This document shows, one piece after another, positions 9,022-17,197 of a stretch of 32,000 nt of DNA; the stretch's first letter is position 1; every line of letters starts with the position of its first letter. The notes under the pieces are model-generated. The model searched no databases. It was not told the origin of the DNA and saw only the letters and a list, made by a program, of their open reading frames with translations. The stretch comes from Trichodesmium erythraeum IMS101 (lineage in GTDB: Bacteria > Cyanobacteriota > Cyanobacteriia > Cyanobacteriales > Microcoleaceae). The translations under genes and the position numbers were made by a program. The DNA lies in assembly GCF_000014265.1 (NCBI RefSeq), contig NC_008312.1, positions 1,920,001 to 1,952,000 on the forward strand, in the 5' to 3' direction.

Positions 9022-10018
9022 TGAATGCTTACAATTTTCAAGAAAGAGTCTAAGCAAATAGTCATTATTCCCCAAACTGAGAATAGATGCTAATATTCTA
9101 GTAAATCAAGATTTTTAATAGGTAACAAGAAAGTATAATCTATAAAAAAATAGCTATGACTTATAAAAAATTTCATTGTAAAAAAAACTGAGAAGATGAC
9201 TGAAGCAGGAAAAAAAAAATTAATTTAATTGTTAAATATAACACTTTTCACTAACAGAAATAGAGCAAAATAATAAGCAAAACAAGATACAGATAGGAAG
9301 TATTAACTATTAGGTTAATAGTCAAATTCTATATAAAAAAATATTGGTTAGATACTACTGCAGCGAGGTTAATTTTTTAACATAATAGGTCATGTAACCA
9401 AAAAAGCAATTAAAGTTACGTTCCATCTCAGCATTTTAATTCAGGATAGGTAAACTTGAGAGTTATAGAATTAAACAAATTATACATCTCAATTACTTTA
9501 TCACTGAAGATACAGCCTATTACTAGTAAATTATGGTACAGTGATTTTAGTAGATTTGAGTAACAATGTGGGAAAACTGAATTCCAGACTTCAAAACTAT
9601 CTAATAAGAAGCTTTTAACTGTACCTCATAAACTACCAAGTGGAATGTAAATTTGTGTTTACAGGTTACAGTATCAGAAAAAACTTTAATGAGGAATTAC
9701 TGTGAAAAATTGATAAAGATATTAACGCTTCAATGAATTTGAAACTATTTGGGCTGGACTTATTCCAAACTATAAACAATCATAAAAAAACAAAGTGGTT
9801 ATTGCTTCCTCAAAAAAATACTTCTGTTTATACTGGAAATTTTGACTATTTTTAAAAGTCATGAAAAGCATACACAGAAAGAATATTTATCCGTGTAGGT
9901 AAGTTATGTAGAATATAACAATTATATCATAACCCATAACCAATTGTATCCACTACAATAATATTGCCTAGGCTAATATAATTAAAAGATAGTACAATAC
10001 ATCAATAGGAATTATCTG

Positions 10019-10708
10019 ATGAAATCACCGATCAAAGCAGTTCAAACAAGCTCTTACTATGGAGACGTCTCTTTTCGTACACCACCCCCTGATTTAGAAT
10101 CTTTAATGTTAAAAGAGCGAATCGTTTATTTGGGGCTACCATTATTTTCATCAGATGAAGTCAAAAGAAATGTCGGCATTGATGTTACTCAATTAATTAT
10201 TGCTCAACTACTTTATTTACAATTTGATAACCCCGAAAAACCAATTTATTTTTATATCAACTCTACTGGCACTTCTTGGTATACAGGAGATGCAATTGGT
10301 TTTGAAACAGAAGCATTTGCTATTTGTGACACCATGAGTTATGTAAAACCACCAATTCATACAATATGTATTGGTCAAGCTATGGGTACAGCAGCAATGA
10401 TTTTGTCAGCAGGGACAAAAGGATATCGGGCAAGTTTACCTCATGCTACAATAGTTCTCAATCAAGCCAAAACAGGAGCAAGGGGTCAAGCAACGGATAT
10501 TTCCATTAGAGCAAAAGAAGTTTTAGTTAATAAGACAACTTTTTTAGATATTCTCTCGAAAAATACAGGTCAATCAGTAGAAAAGATTGCTAAAGATACA
10601 GATAGAATGCTCTACATGACTCCAGAAATAGCTAAAGAATATGGTCTAATAGATCAAGTTTTAGCAAGTAGAAAAGAACTACCAAAACCTTTACCTGCTA
10701 ATGTTTAA
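10019..10708 (+). CDS. clpR: ClpR, a catalytically inactive ClpP paralogue
   Basis: Has the ClpP fold motifs ([44 protein letters not shown]), but all three catalytic positions differ from the neighbouring ClpP: Ser to Gly (GQAMGTA vs GLAASMG), His to Asn (VLNQA vs MIHQP) and Asp to Met (TDRMLYM vs TDRDYYM). It lies directly upstream of a clpP3-type gene, matching the known cyanobacterial clpR-clpP3 arrangement. Confidence 0.88.
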   Translation: MKSPIKAVQTSSYYGDVSFRTPPPDLESLMLKERIVYLGLPLFSSDEVKRNVGIDVTQLIIAQLLYLQFDNPEKPIYFYINSTGTSWYTGDAIGFETEAFAICDTMSYVKPPIHTICIGQAMGTAAMILSAGTKGYRASLPHATIVLNQAKTGARGQATDISIRAKEVLVNKTTFLDILSKNTGQSVEKIAKDTDRMLYMTPEIAKEYGLIDQVLASRKELPKPLPANV

Positions 10709-10767
10709 GTGATAAACAAAATTAACAAGTTTTGGCAAGTAGAAAAGAACTATCCAGTATCAAGACT

Positions 10768-10812
10768 CAAAAATTAGGTCTCAAGCCTTTCCTTCTAAAA
10801 GGATAAAAAAAA
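10768..10812 (-). repeat. Diverged reverse-orientation copy of the 1946-2102 repeat family, in the clpR-clpP3 spacer
   Basis: The plus strand reads CAAAAATTAGGTCTCAAGCCTTTCCTTCTAAAAGGATAAAAAAAA. Its reverse complement aligns with TTTTATCC(C/T)TTT.AAAGG..AGG(C/T)TT.A.ACCT.A.TTTTTG of the 1946/2027 units at roughly 75% identity by eye. Confidence 0.5.
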
Positions 10813-10922
10813 CGCCATACATATTTCAAGCCTCCTACTTCAATTGGGAGGTACTTAGAACTGATAGCTTAAATAACCTGTTACTTTTTAAGTCCTCAAT
10901 AAAATCAAATGGAAAAAGTATT

Positions 10923-11513
10923 ATGCCTATAGGTATTCCCAGTGTTCCTTATCGTCTTCCTGGTAGTCAGTATGAAAGATGGATAGATATTTATACCCGT
11001 CTTGGTCAGGAAAGAATTATATTTCTTGGTCAAGAAGTTACAGATGGGCTAGCTAATAGAATTGTAGCCTATATGTTGTATTTGGATTCTGACGATCCAA
11101 ATAAACCCATTTATCTTTATATAAACTCTCCTGGTGGTTCTGTCACAGCAGGATTGGCGATATACGATACTATGCAGTATATCAAAGCAGATGTTATTAC
11201 TATCTGTTTGGGTTTAGCAGCTTCAATGGGTTCATTTTTATTAGCTGCTGGAACTAAAGGTAAAAGATTGGCCTTGCCTAACTCTAGAATTATGATTCAC
11301 CAACCAATGGGAGGTACTCGCGGTCAAGCTACAGATATTGAGATTGAAGCTAACGAAATTCTGCGGGTTAGATCGGAATTAAATAATATGTTGGCAGAGC
11401 GTACAGGTCAATCTTTGGAAAAGATAGAAAAAGATACTGACCGTGATTATTATATGTCTGCTGAAGAAGCTAAAGAATATGGTTTAATTGACCAGGTAAT
11501 TGAAGAACGTTAA
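10923..11513 (+). CDS. clpP3: ATP-dependent Clp protease proteolytic subunit, ClpP3-type
   Basis: [36 protein letters not shown] (catalytic Ser), IMIHQPMGG (His) and TDRDYYM (Asp) are all present. 196 aa. The partner position downstream of clpR supports the ClpP3 paralogue assignment. Confidence 0.9.
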   Translation: MPIGIPSVPYRLPGSQYERWIDIYTRLGQERIIFLGQEVTDGLANRIVAYMLYLDSDDPNKPIYLYINSPGGSVTAGLAIYDTMQYIKADVITICLGLAASMGSFLLAAGTKGKRLALPNSRIMIHQPMGGTRGQATDIEIEANEILRVRSELNNMLAERTGQSLEKIEKDTDRDYYMSAEEAKEYGLIDQVIEER

Positions 11514-11575
11514 AGTTAAATAAAAAAATAAAGGAGTAAAAAGAACAAACAAAGTTAGTTGAGTAGATAAATCAG

Positions 11576-11790
11576 AATGTAAGCATTCAGCTATCAGCTA
11601 GCTTTCTGAGTTGTAACTCGGTTTTCCTTTTTTATTTCATGTAGCGAAACAGCTATTTATGAGAGGAATAGGTAAAAGCAATTGAGAAATTAGATAATTA
11701 AATTTACTCCCAAAGTAAGTTTATTTAACCTTAGAAGGAATTATTCATTATTTGCTGATAGCTAACTGATAAAAGCTGAATGCTTACATT
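11576..11790. mobile_element. IR-bounded 215-bp MITE-like element just downstream of clpP3
   Basis: The left end AATGTAAGCATTCAGCTATCAG (11576-) and right end CTGATAAAAGCTGAATGCTTACATT (to 11790) form a perfect 16-bp terminal inverted repeat (AATGTAAGCATTCAGC), with TATCAG repeated further in. There is no ORF inside. A solo right-end homologue lies at 8981-9028. Confidence 0.55.
11606..11634 (+). terminator. Candidate intrinsic terminator for clpP3
   Basis: CTGAGTTGTAACTCGG forms a roughly 6-bp stem with a TGTA loop, followed by TTTTCCTTTTTTA. It lies 93 nt after the clpP3 stop and inside the IR-bounded element. Confidence 0.45.
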
Positions 11791-12319
11791 AAAAATAAGT
11801 AGGTAGGTACGAAAAAACAAAACTATGTAAAGATACAGTGCCTTAATGTTGCCGGTGAAGTACATTAACAGCATTTACTAACCAGTTTTTAAATGTTGAT
11901 AATTCATTAACTTAAGTGTCATTATAGATTATTATATCAACCATTTCTGTGTTATTTTTGAGGTAAGTTTTGCTCAAAAATATTTCAATTGTAATCATCA
12001 TCATTTTATAGAATTAAAGTCCGGCTAGTATGGAAATAAATTTATAACTTTTGAGCCGACAGATTTAATTCTATATTCAATTAATGCTAGTTGATGTGTA
12101 TGTAAATCATCCATGAAAACTGCCGTCTCTGGGCATAAACTACGGCAGTAAAAATGTTCAATAAATACTTTGAATGTAATGCTTACTATGAAATTATTTA
12201 TTATCATTAAACATACTACTTATTTAATACTTACTGCACCAATTACTGTAACTTTCTGACTTAAATAAAACAGCTTCATTTTATATACTATAGTCCCTTT
12301 ATGATAAGCATACATGAGT

Positions 12320-12330
12320 TATGGTAAAAT
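12320..12330 (+). promoter_or_regulatory. Extended -10-like box TATGGTAAAAT in ORF-free DNA
   Basis: It is the same 11-mer as at 7652 and 7994, here followed by the ATGGTA/TACCAT stem. It lies 260 nt upstream of the 152-bp tandem repeat. Confidence 0.2.
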
Positions 12331-12591
12331 CTACCATGACAATTTTTTTTATCTATAAATACTAAATTTTATAGCTCTATCTTTTGTATAAATTCCTTTC
12401 TATTATTCTCTAAATTTTTGTACTCTCACAAAAAATTGGATTCTACAAGTTTAAAGCTCACCTCACCTAAGTTTGAGTACGATACTACCCTTGTTCCAAA
12501 AATTATAGTCTGTTAACACAGTATTTATTCCCAACCATGATTCATTATACCTTTCTTTGTCAAGACTAAAAAAATATAGCAAGTTTTGCTG

Positions 12592-12898
12592 AGAATAATT
12601 AATCATTTTTTGAGCAAAATAAAATTTGAATCAAACAAAAAAAATCACCAGAATTTAGTCATAAAAAAATATCTTATATGTAAGAATTGATCAATTTTTT
12701 GAACAGCAAAAACCTAAAAAATTAATTTAATTAATTTAGACTTAGAATAATTAATCATTTTTTGAGTACAATGAAATTTGAATCAAACAAAAAAAATACC
12801 AGAATTTAGCCATAAAAAAAAATATCTTATATGTAAGAATTGATCAATTTTTTGAACAGCAAAAACCTAAAAAATTAATTTAATTAATTTAGACTTAG
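12592..12898 (+). repeat. Tandem direct repeat, 152 bp x 2, in ORF-free DNA
   Basis: AGAATAATTAATCATTTTTTGAG...TTAATTTAGACTT (12592-12743) is repeated from 12744 at about 95% identity by eye. Confidence 0.9.
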
Positions 12899-14193
12899 TA
12901 AACAGCTAAAAAAAAATTGCTAATTTTGAAGGAAAAAAATTCTCAAATGCTGAAATTCTCTTAAAGAATGAATTTAAAAATACTAAAAATCACAGAAAAG
13001 TTTATCAAATTTTTGCAAAATTATCGTTATCTACTTTCTGTAAATTACTCAGTTTATTGATTATTTTTAATTAAAAAATTATAGTATTATTTTATGGAAT
13101 TAATATATTAAAAAATACGAACATTTATGTTATTATTTATCCTAGCTATAGCCTAAAAAAAATAGATTTTGACGAGAAAAATAGTCGTTATTACTAGTTA
13201 AAATTAGCCTAATCTAAATCTAAATCCTGTAGGAAAGTGCATTGGATAAATTGGCTCCAATAGTGATTAAATTAATTAGATATAAATGGCTTGATACTAA
13301 AATATTAGTTCATAGTAATAGGGCTTATAAATATAAATAAATCATGGATTTGTGTGAAAATAAAGTCAGAGTTGATTATATAATAGCTATGGTAAATAAT
13401 CCTCAATTAAAGTTATAAGCTGCCTATGTAATTTCCAAAATAATTAATGATTATGAACAAAGGTTTAAATCTATAATCAAATTAATAGATAGTCATTTTA
13501 TAAATATAAAAAAACTACAAATATAAAAAAAATATTCTTTAACCAAACTTTATTGGCTTGGCTCTTTATATTAGAAATCCAATCAATTATTTAGTGACAA
13601 AATAATAGTTGTGATCAAGGTTATTTATGCTAAAAAAATGTTAAGATACGTCACTTTTTTATATTTTTACCTGCTGATAAAATTAATTACATCTTACTTG
13701 ATGCAGGTAAATATTATTCAGGAGGAAAGATATAAAATTGGATTAAATAAAAACAATTTTTTGTAATATTAGTAGAATTTAAAAATATAGTTTTTTTCGA
13801 GTAACAAGTTAACTTTTAGTTGTCTCCATTAACTTATGTTTCTAGTAAATACAATTTTTTAGACAGCATTGTTGAAATAAAACATATTTTTATCAAGCTA
13901 TAGTGGTAACAATTAGTTTAATTTTTTTTGAAGTTAGGAGCTAGAATTATTGTTAGCTATATAAAAATTGTAATCGTAATTTTCAGTTCTTATTCTTCTC
14001 GCTCATATTTTAGATATGGTTGGTTGATGAATTCTCAAAGTATTGACAGATAAACCTAATTGAATTAGAGTGGCAACATCTGAAAAAAAAAGATGAATTA
14101 TTAAGACAAATGTTTTAGGATGAGCGAAAGCTTGGTTATGCAGTCATGAATAGAGTGGTAGCAAGAGGAGAAATAAGACAAACAGAACCTATC

Positions 14194-14235
14194 AAATTTA
14201 AACTTTTAAACTTTTAAACTTTTAAACTTTTAACT
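14194..14235 (+). repeat. Octamer microsatellite (AAACTTTT) x 4 plus partial units
   Basis: AAACTTTTAAACTTTTAAACTTTTAAACTTTTAAC is read directly, 160 nt upstream of the 14396 gene. Confidence 0.9.
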
Positions 14236-14395
14236 CTATTAAACTGAATTTATTTTTTTGTTACATAGTTGTAAATTTTCTCGCCTACCTACTTAGCGGA
14301 ATATAGCTAAATTAAAATAATCTGGTAGAAAATTAAACCAAGCATCTCTAGAATAAACAGACAAATAAATCTTTTTCCCTCCTCCTTAAAAATCT

Positions 14396-15022
14396 ATGAA
14401 TATTGCAGATTATTATAGAAAATTAGACCTAAATTTAGGAGCTAGTCTAGGAGAAGTAAAAGCTTCTTATCGACGACTAGCAAGAATGTATCATCCTGAT
14501 GTAAACCCAAAAGATAAGCACGCTAAAGATAAATTTATTGCAGTTACAGAAGCTTATAAAATTTTACTGAGGGTTGCTCCTGCTCAAGCTGAATTACCAT
14601 ATAATTTGACTCCAACATCAACAACGAATAAAAACTCAAAATCAGAAACTGTATCTCCAAGAGAAACAAAGGTTAGGAGAACTGTAAAACAAAAACAAAA
14701 TCAAAATAAATCTCATACTTTAGAAGTAGAAAGGCAACTTAAACAAAATTATTATTTACAATTAAAGCATTTATTGAAATATAAGAGATATCCTCGGGCT
14801 ATTGCTTTAGCAGAAGGTTTAGCTCAGAGAATGCCTCAAGATCCCGAAGTCCGCCAATGGCAAGCGATCGCTTATCAACGTTGGGGACGTCAACTTATCA
14901 ATGAAAGAAAACTAGATAAGGCCAGAAACTATCTGAAGAAAGCCCTAAAAACAGATCCCCAAAACCGTGATCTTTGGGCAGAAATAGAATATGATTTTCA
15001 TCAATTGGAGAAAATTTATTGA
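14396..15022 (+). CDS. J-domain protein with a TPR-like C-terminal region
   Basis: YYRKLDLNLGASLGEVKASYRRLARMYHPDVNP...DKFIAVTEAYKILL is a J-domain with HPD. The C-terminus (AIALAEGLAQRMPQDPEVRQWQAIAYQRWG...ARNYLKKALKTDPQN) looks like TPR helices. Confidence 0.85.
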   Translation: MNIADYYRKLDLNLGASLGEVKASYRRLARMYHPDVNPKDKHAKDKFIAVTEAYKILLRVAPAQAELPYNLTPTSTTNKNSKSETVSPRETKVRRTVKQKQNQNKSHTLEVERQLKQNYYLQLKHLLKYKRYPRAIALAEGLAQRMPQDPEVRQWQAIAYQRWGRQLINERKLDKARNYLKKALKTDPQNRDLWAEIEYDFHQLEKIY

Positions 15023-15115
15023 TTATTTGTAGATTTGATTCATAATTGTCAGTAGCTGTAAAAATTACTTGAAAATTTAGCGGAGATAGAAAATCTATTA
15101 ATAACTTAACCCAGC

Positions 15116-15885
15116 TTTTCAGATACATTAGATACATCATCTATTGTAAAAACTAAAACCATTTTAGGAAAAATGTAGTCTACTAATTCTGAAAAATACT
15201 GTAACTAAAAATCTCAACTATATTTGAGTATAAATATGCTAATTACTAATTTATTCTATATACTTATCATCGAGTATAATTTAGGTATTTTTTAAACTAG
15301 ATTACCTCTTACAACTATTTAGCTTAAGCAACAGTAAAAGTTGTATAGACATTAAACTAATAAATCATTTAATAAATTAACAATGACAGACATAAATCAA
15401 GAATTTCAAAGAGCTCTCAAATTCCAAAGAGAGGGAAAGTTACAAGAAGCAGAATCAATATCAATATACATAAACATACATAATTCAGATAGTAAGCATT
15501 TTTTAGATACATTAAATACATAACCTATTGTAAAAAATAAAACCATTTTAGTAAAAATGTAGTCTACTAATTCTAAAAAATACTGTAACTAAAAATATCA
15601 ACTATATTTAAGTATAAATATGCTAATTACTAATTTATTCTATATACTTATCGTCGAGTATAATTTAGGTAGTTTTTAAACTAGATTACCTATTAAAACT
15701 ATTTAGCTTAGGCAATAGTAAAATTTGTGTAAACCTTAAACTAATAGATGATCTAATAAATTAACAATGACAGACATAAATCAAGAATTTCAAAGAGCTC
15801 TCAAATTCCAAAAAGAGGGAAAGTTACAAGAAGCAGAATCAATATATATAAACATACTTAAGTCAGATAGTGACCATGTAGCTTC
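15116..15885 (+). repeat. Tandem duplication, about 384 bp x 2, covering the upstream region plus the first ~100 nt of the TPR-FkbM gene
   Basis: The ATGACAGACATAAATCAAGAATTTCAAAGAGCTCTCAAATTCCAAA... start region occurs at both 15383 and 15767. The ~265 nt upstream of each ATG are collinear at about 90% identity. The junction carries TCAGATA microhomology. Confidence 0.9.
15383..15523 (+). pseudogene. Duplicated 5' stub of the TPR-FkbM gene (46 codons, then a stop)
   Basis: It translates to MTDINQEFQRALKFQREGKLQEAESISIYINIHNSDSKHFLDTLNT*. The first 25 residues match the real N-terminus at 15767 except for K16R, and it diverges at the duplication junction. Confidence 0.75.
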
Positions 15886-17014
15886 CCTCATTAATCTTGG
15901 TTTAATAGAGCAAAGCCAAGGAAAACTAGAAGAAGCAACTCAATTTTATAAGTATGCTTTTCAAATAGATTCAAATAATATATCTCTACTATATCTTTTA
16001 GCAAGAATTACACAAGAGTTAAACCAATTAGATGAAGCTATTAATTACTGGCAAAAATTAGTACAACTAAAACCAGATGGTACTTTAGAATTTTACGGCA
16101 ATATTGGTAATAGCCTAGTTCAACAGGGTAAATTTGACGAAGCACTAAATTGTTTTCGCGATGCCCTAAAAATATCACCGAATAGTTTTCAAGCTCATCA
16201 AGCCATCGGTAATTTACTGATTAGAAAAGAGCAACTTTTGGAAGCTAAATTAGAATTCAGTAAAGCATTAGAAATTAATCCTAATTATCAAACTGCAAAA
16301 ATTTGGTTAACTTTAGTTGATAAGTTACTCAAAGGAGAAAATATAGTTTCATTCAATTATCAAAGCACCCCTATAAAATTTGAAATAACAGGCAAAAATC
16401 TAGCAGTAGAAATTGCTAATGTTGGTGGAACTTTTTATGAATTACCTGAGTTAGAGTTTATCCGGCAAAATCTAAAATCATCAAATCCTGTTATTGTTGA
16501 TATTGGAGCTAATACAGGGAATCATTTAGTCTACTTTGCCAAAATTATGCAGGCATCAAAAGTAATTCCTATAGAGTTTCATCCAGATATTCTTGCTACT
16601 TTGAAGAAACATATATCAATTAATCAAGTTAGTAATATTGATTTATCTATATTAGGTTATGCTATTGGAGAAAATAGCGGTACATCTTTTATAAAAGAAC
16701 ATCCAGCTAAAGATTTATGTTTAACAGAAATTGATAATAATATCATTAATGGTACAAAAGTGGAAGTTATGACTTTAGATGACTTAATTAAAGAAAAAGT
16801 TGATTTCATCAAAGTTGATGTACAAGGAACAGAAGTAAAAGCTTTGACAGGGGCAAAAAATTTGATATCTATTTATCAGCCTGATATGCTAGTCGAAGTT
16901 GCCAAAAATCATATGAAGGACTTTCGCAAATTTTTAGAAGCAGTCAAATATCAAACTGTTAAAGCATTTGATCATGGAAGATATGTTAATTTCTATATTC
17001 AACATACTAAGTGA
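15767..17014 (+). CDS. TPR-repeat N-terminal domain fused to an FkbM-family methyltransferase domain
   Basis: The N-terminal ~190 aa consist of repeated 34-residue TPR-like units (GKLEEATQFYKYAFQIDSNN, GKFDEALNCFRDALKISPNS, ...LEINPNYQTA). The C-terminal half has VDIGANTGNHLVYFAK and DFIKVDVQGTEVKAL, typical of FkbM-type SAM methyltransferases. Confidence 0.8.
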   Translation: MTDINQEFQRALKFQKEGKLQEAESIYINILKSDSDHVASLINLGLIEQSQGKLEEATQFYKYAFQIDSNNISLLYLLARITQELNQLDEAINYWQKLVQLKPDGTLEFYGNIGNSLVQQGKFDEALNCFRDALKISPNSFQAHQAIGNLLIRKEQLLEAKLEFSKALEINPNYQTAKIWLTLVDKLLKGENIVSFNYQSTPIKFEITGKNLAVEIANVGGTFYELPELEFIRQNLKSSNPVIVDIGANTGNHLVYFAKIMQASKVIPIEFHPDILATLKKHISINQVSNIDLSILGYAIGENSGTSFIKEHPAKDLCLTEIDNNIINGTKVEVMTLDDLIKEKVDFIKVDVQGTEVKALTGAKNLISIYQPDMLVEVAKNHMKDFRKFLEAVKYQTVKAFDHGRYVNFYIQHTK

Positions 17015-17033
17015 CATACTCCCAAACAAACGT

Positions 17034-17043
17034 TATGGTAAAT
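17034..17043 (+). promoter_or_regulatory. Extended -10-like box TATGGTAAAT at the start of a GC-enriched ORF-free segment
   Basis: It is a variant of the recurring TATGGTAAA(A)T box and lies 20 nt after the methyltransferase stop. Confidence 0.2.
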
Positions 17044-17169
17044 TCTGGGCTTTTCTTTTCCCGGTCCCGATACTCTCTCGGAAAAGAAGATACTATGAGG
17101 ACAAGATCCTCGACCGCTCTATTTTTTTACACTTATGGCTACTTTTTTGGTTCACAGGTATTGTCTAGC

Positions 17170-17197
17170 GTCAAACATTCTTGACTTTGACGGTCAA
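17170..17197. promoter_or_regulatory. Symmetric GTCAA/TTGAC array, a possible operator
   Basis: GTCAAACATTCTTGACTTTGACGGTCAA contains two inverted-repeat pairs: GTCAA-N6-TTGAC and TTGAC-G-GTCAA. No known regulator consensus recognised. Confidence 0.2.

Noticed and set aside
12025-12207. 60-aa minus-strand ORF in the desert
   Set aside because: It is at the minimum track length, is isolated, and spans the ACTGCCGT/ACGGCAGT hairpin. It has no recognisable motif and is expected by chance.
6211-15022. VWA protein, two J-domain proteins and Clp subunits as a novel co-functional proteostasis or defence cassette
   Set aside because: The genes are separated by 2-3 kb deserts and an IS, lie on different strands, and each belongs to a common cyanobacterial housekeeping family. 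Nothing in the sequence indicates an operon or a dedicated system, so the clustering is most simply coincidental.
14898-15140. 80-aa minus-strand ORF overlapping the 3' end of the J-domain/TPR gene
   Set aside because: It overlaps a well-supported plus-strand CDS and has no motifs or ribosome-binding context, so it is a probable shadow.
16968-17168. 66-aa plus-strand ORF overlapping the methyltransferase stop
   Set aside because: It is out of frame with the end of a supported CDS and continues into the structured GC-rich segment. The composition is not protein-like, and it is better explained as non-coding.
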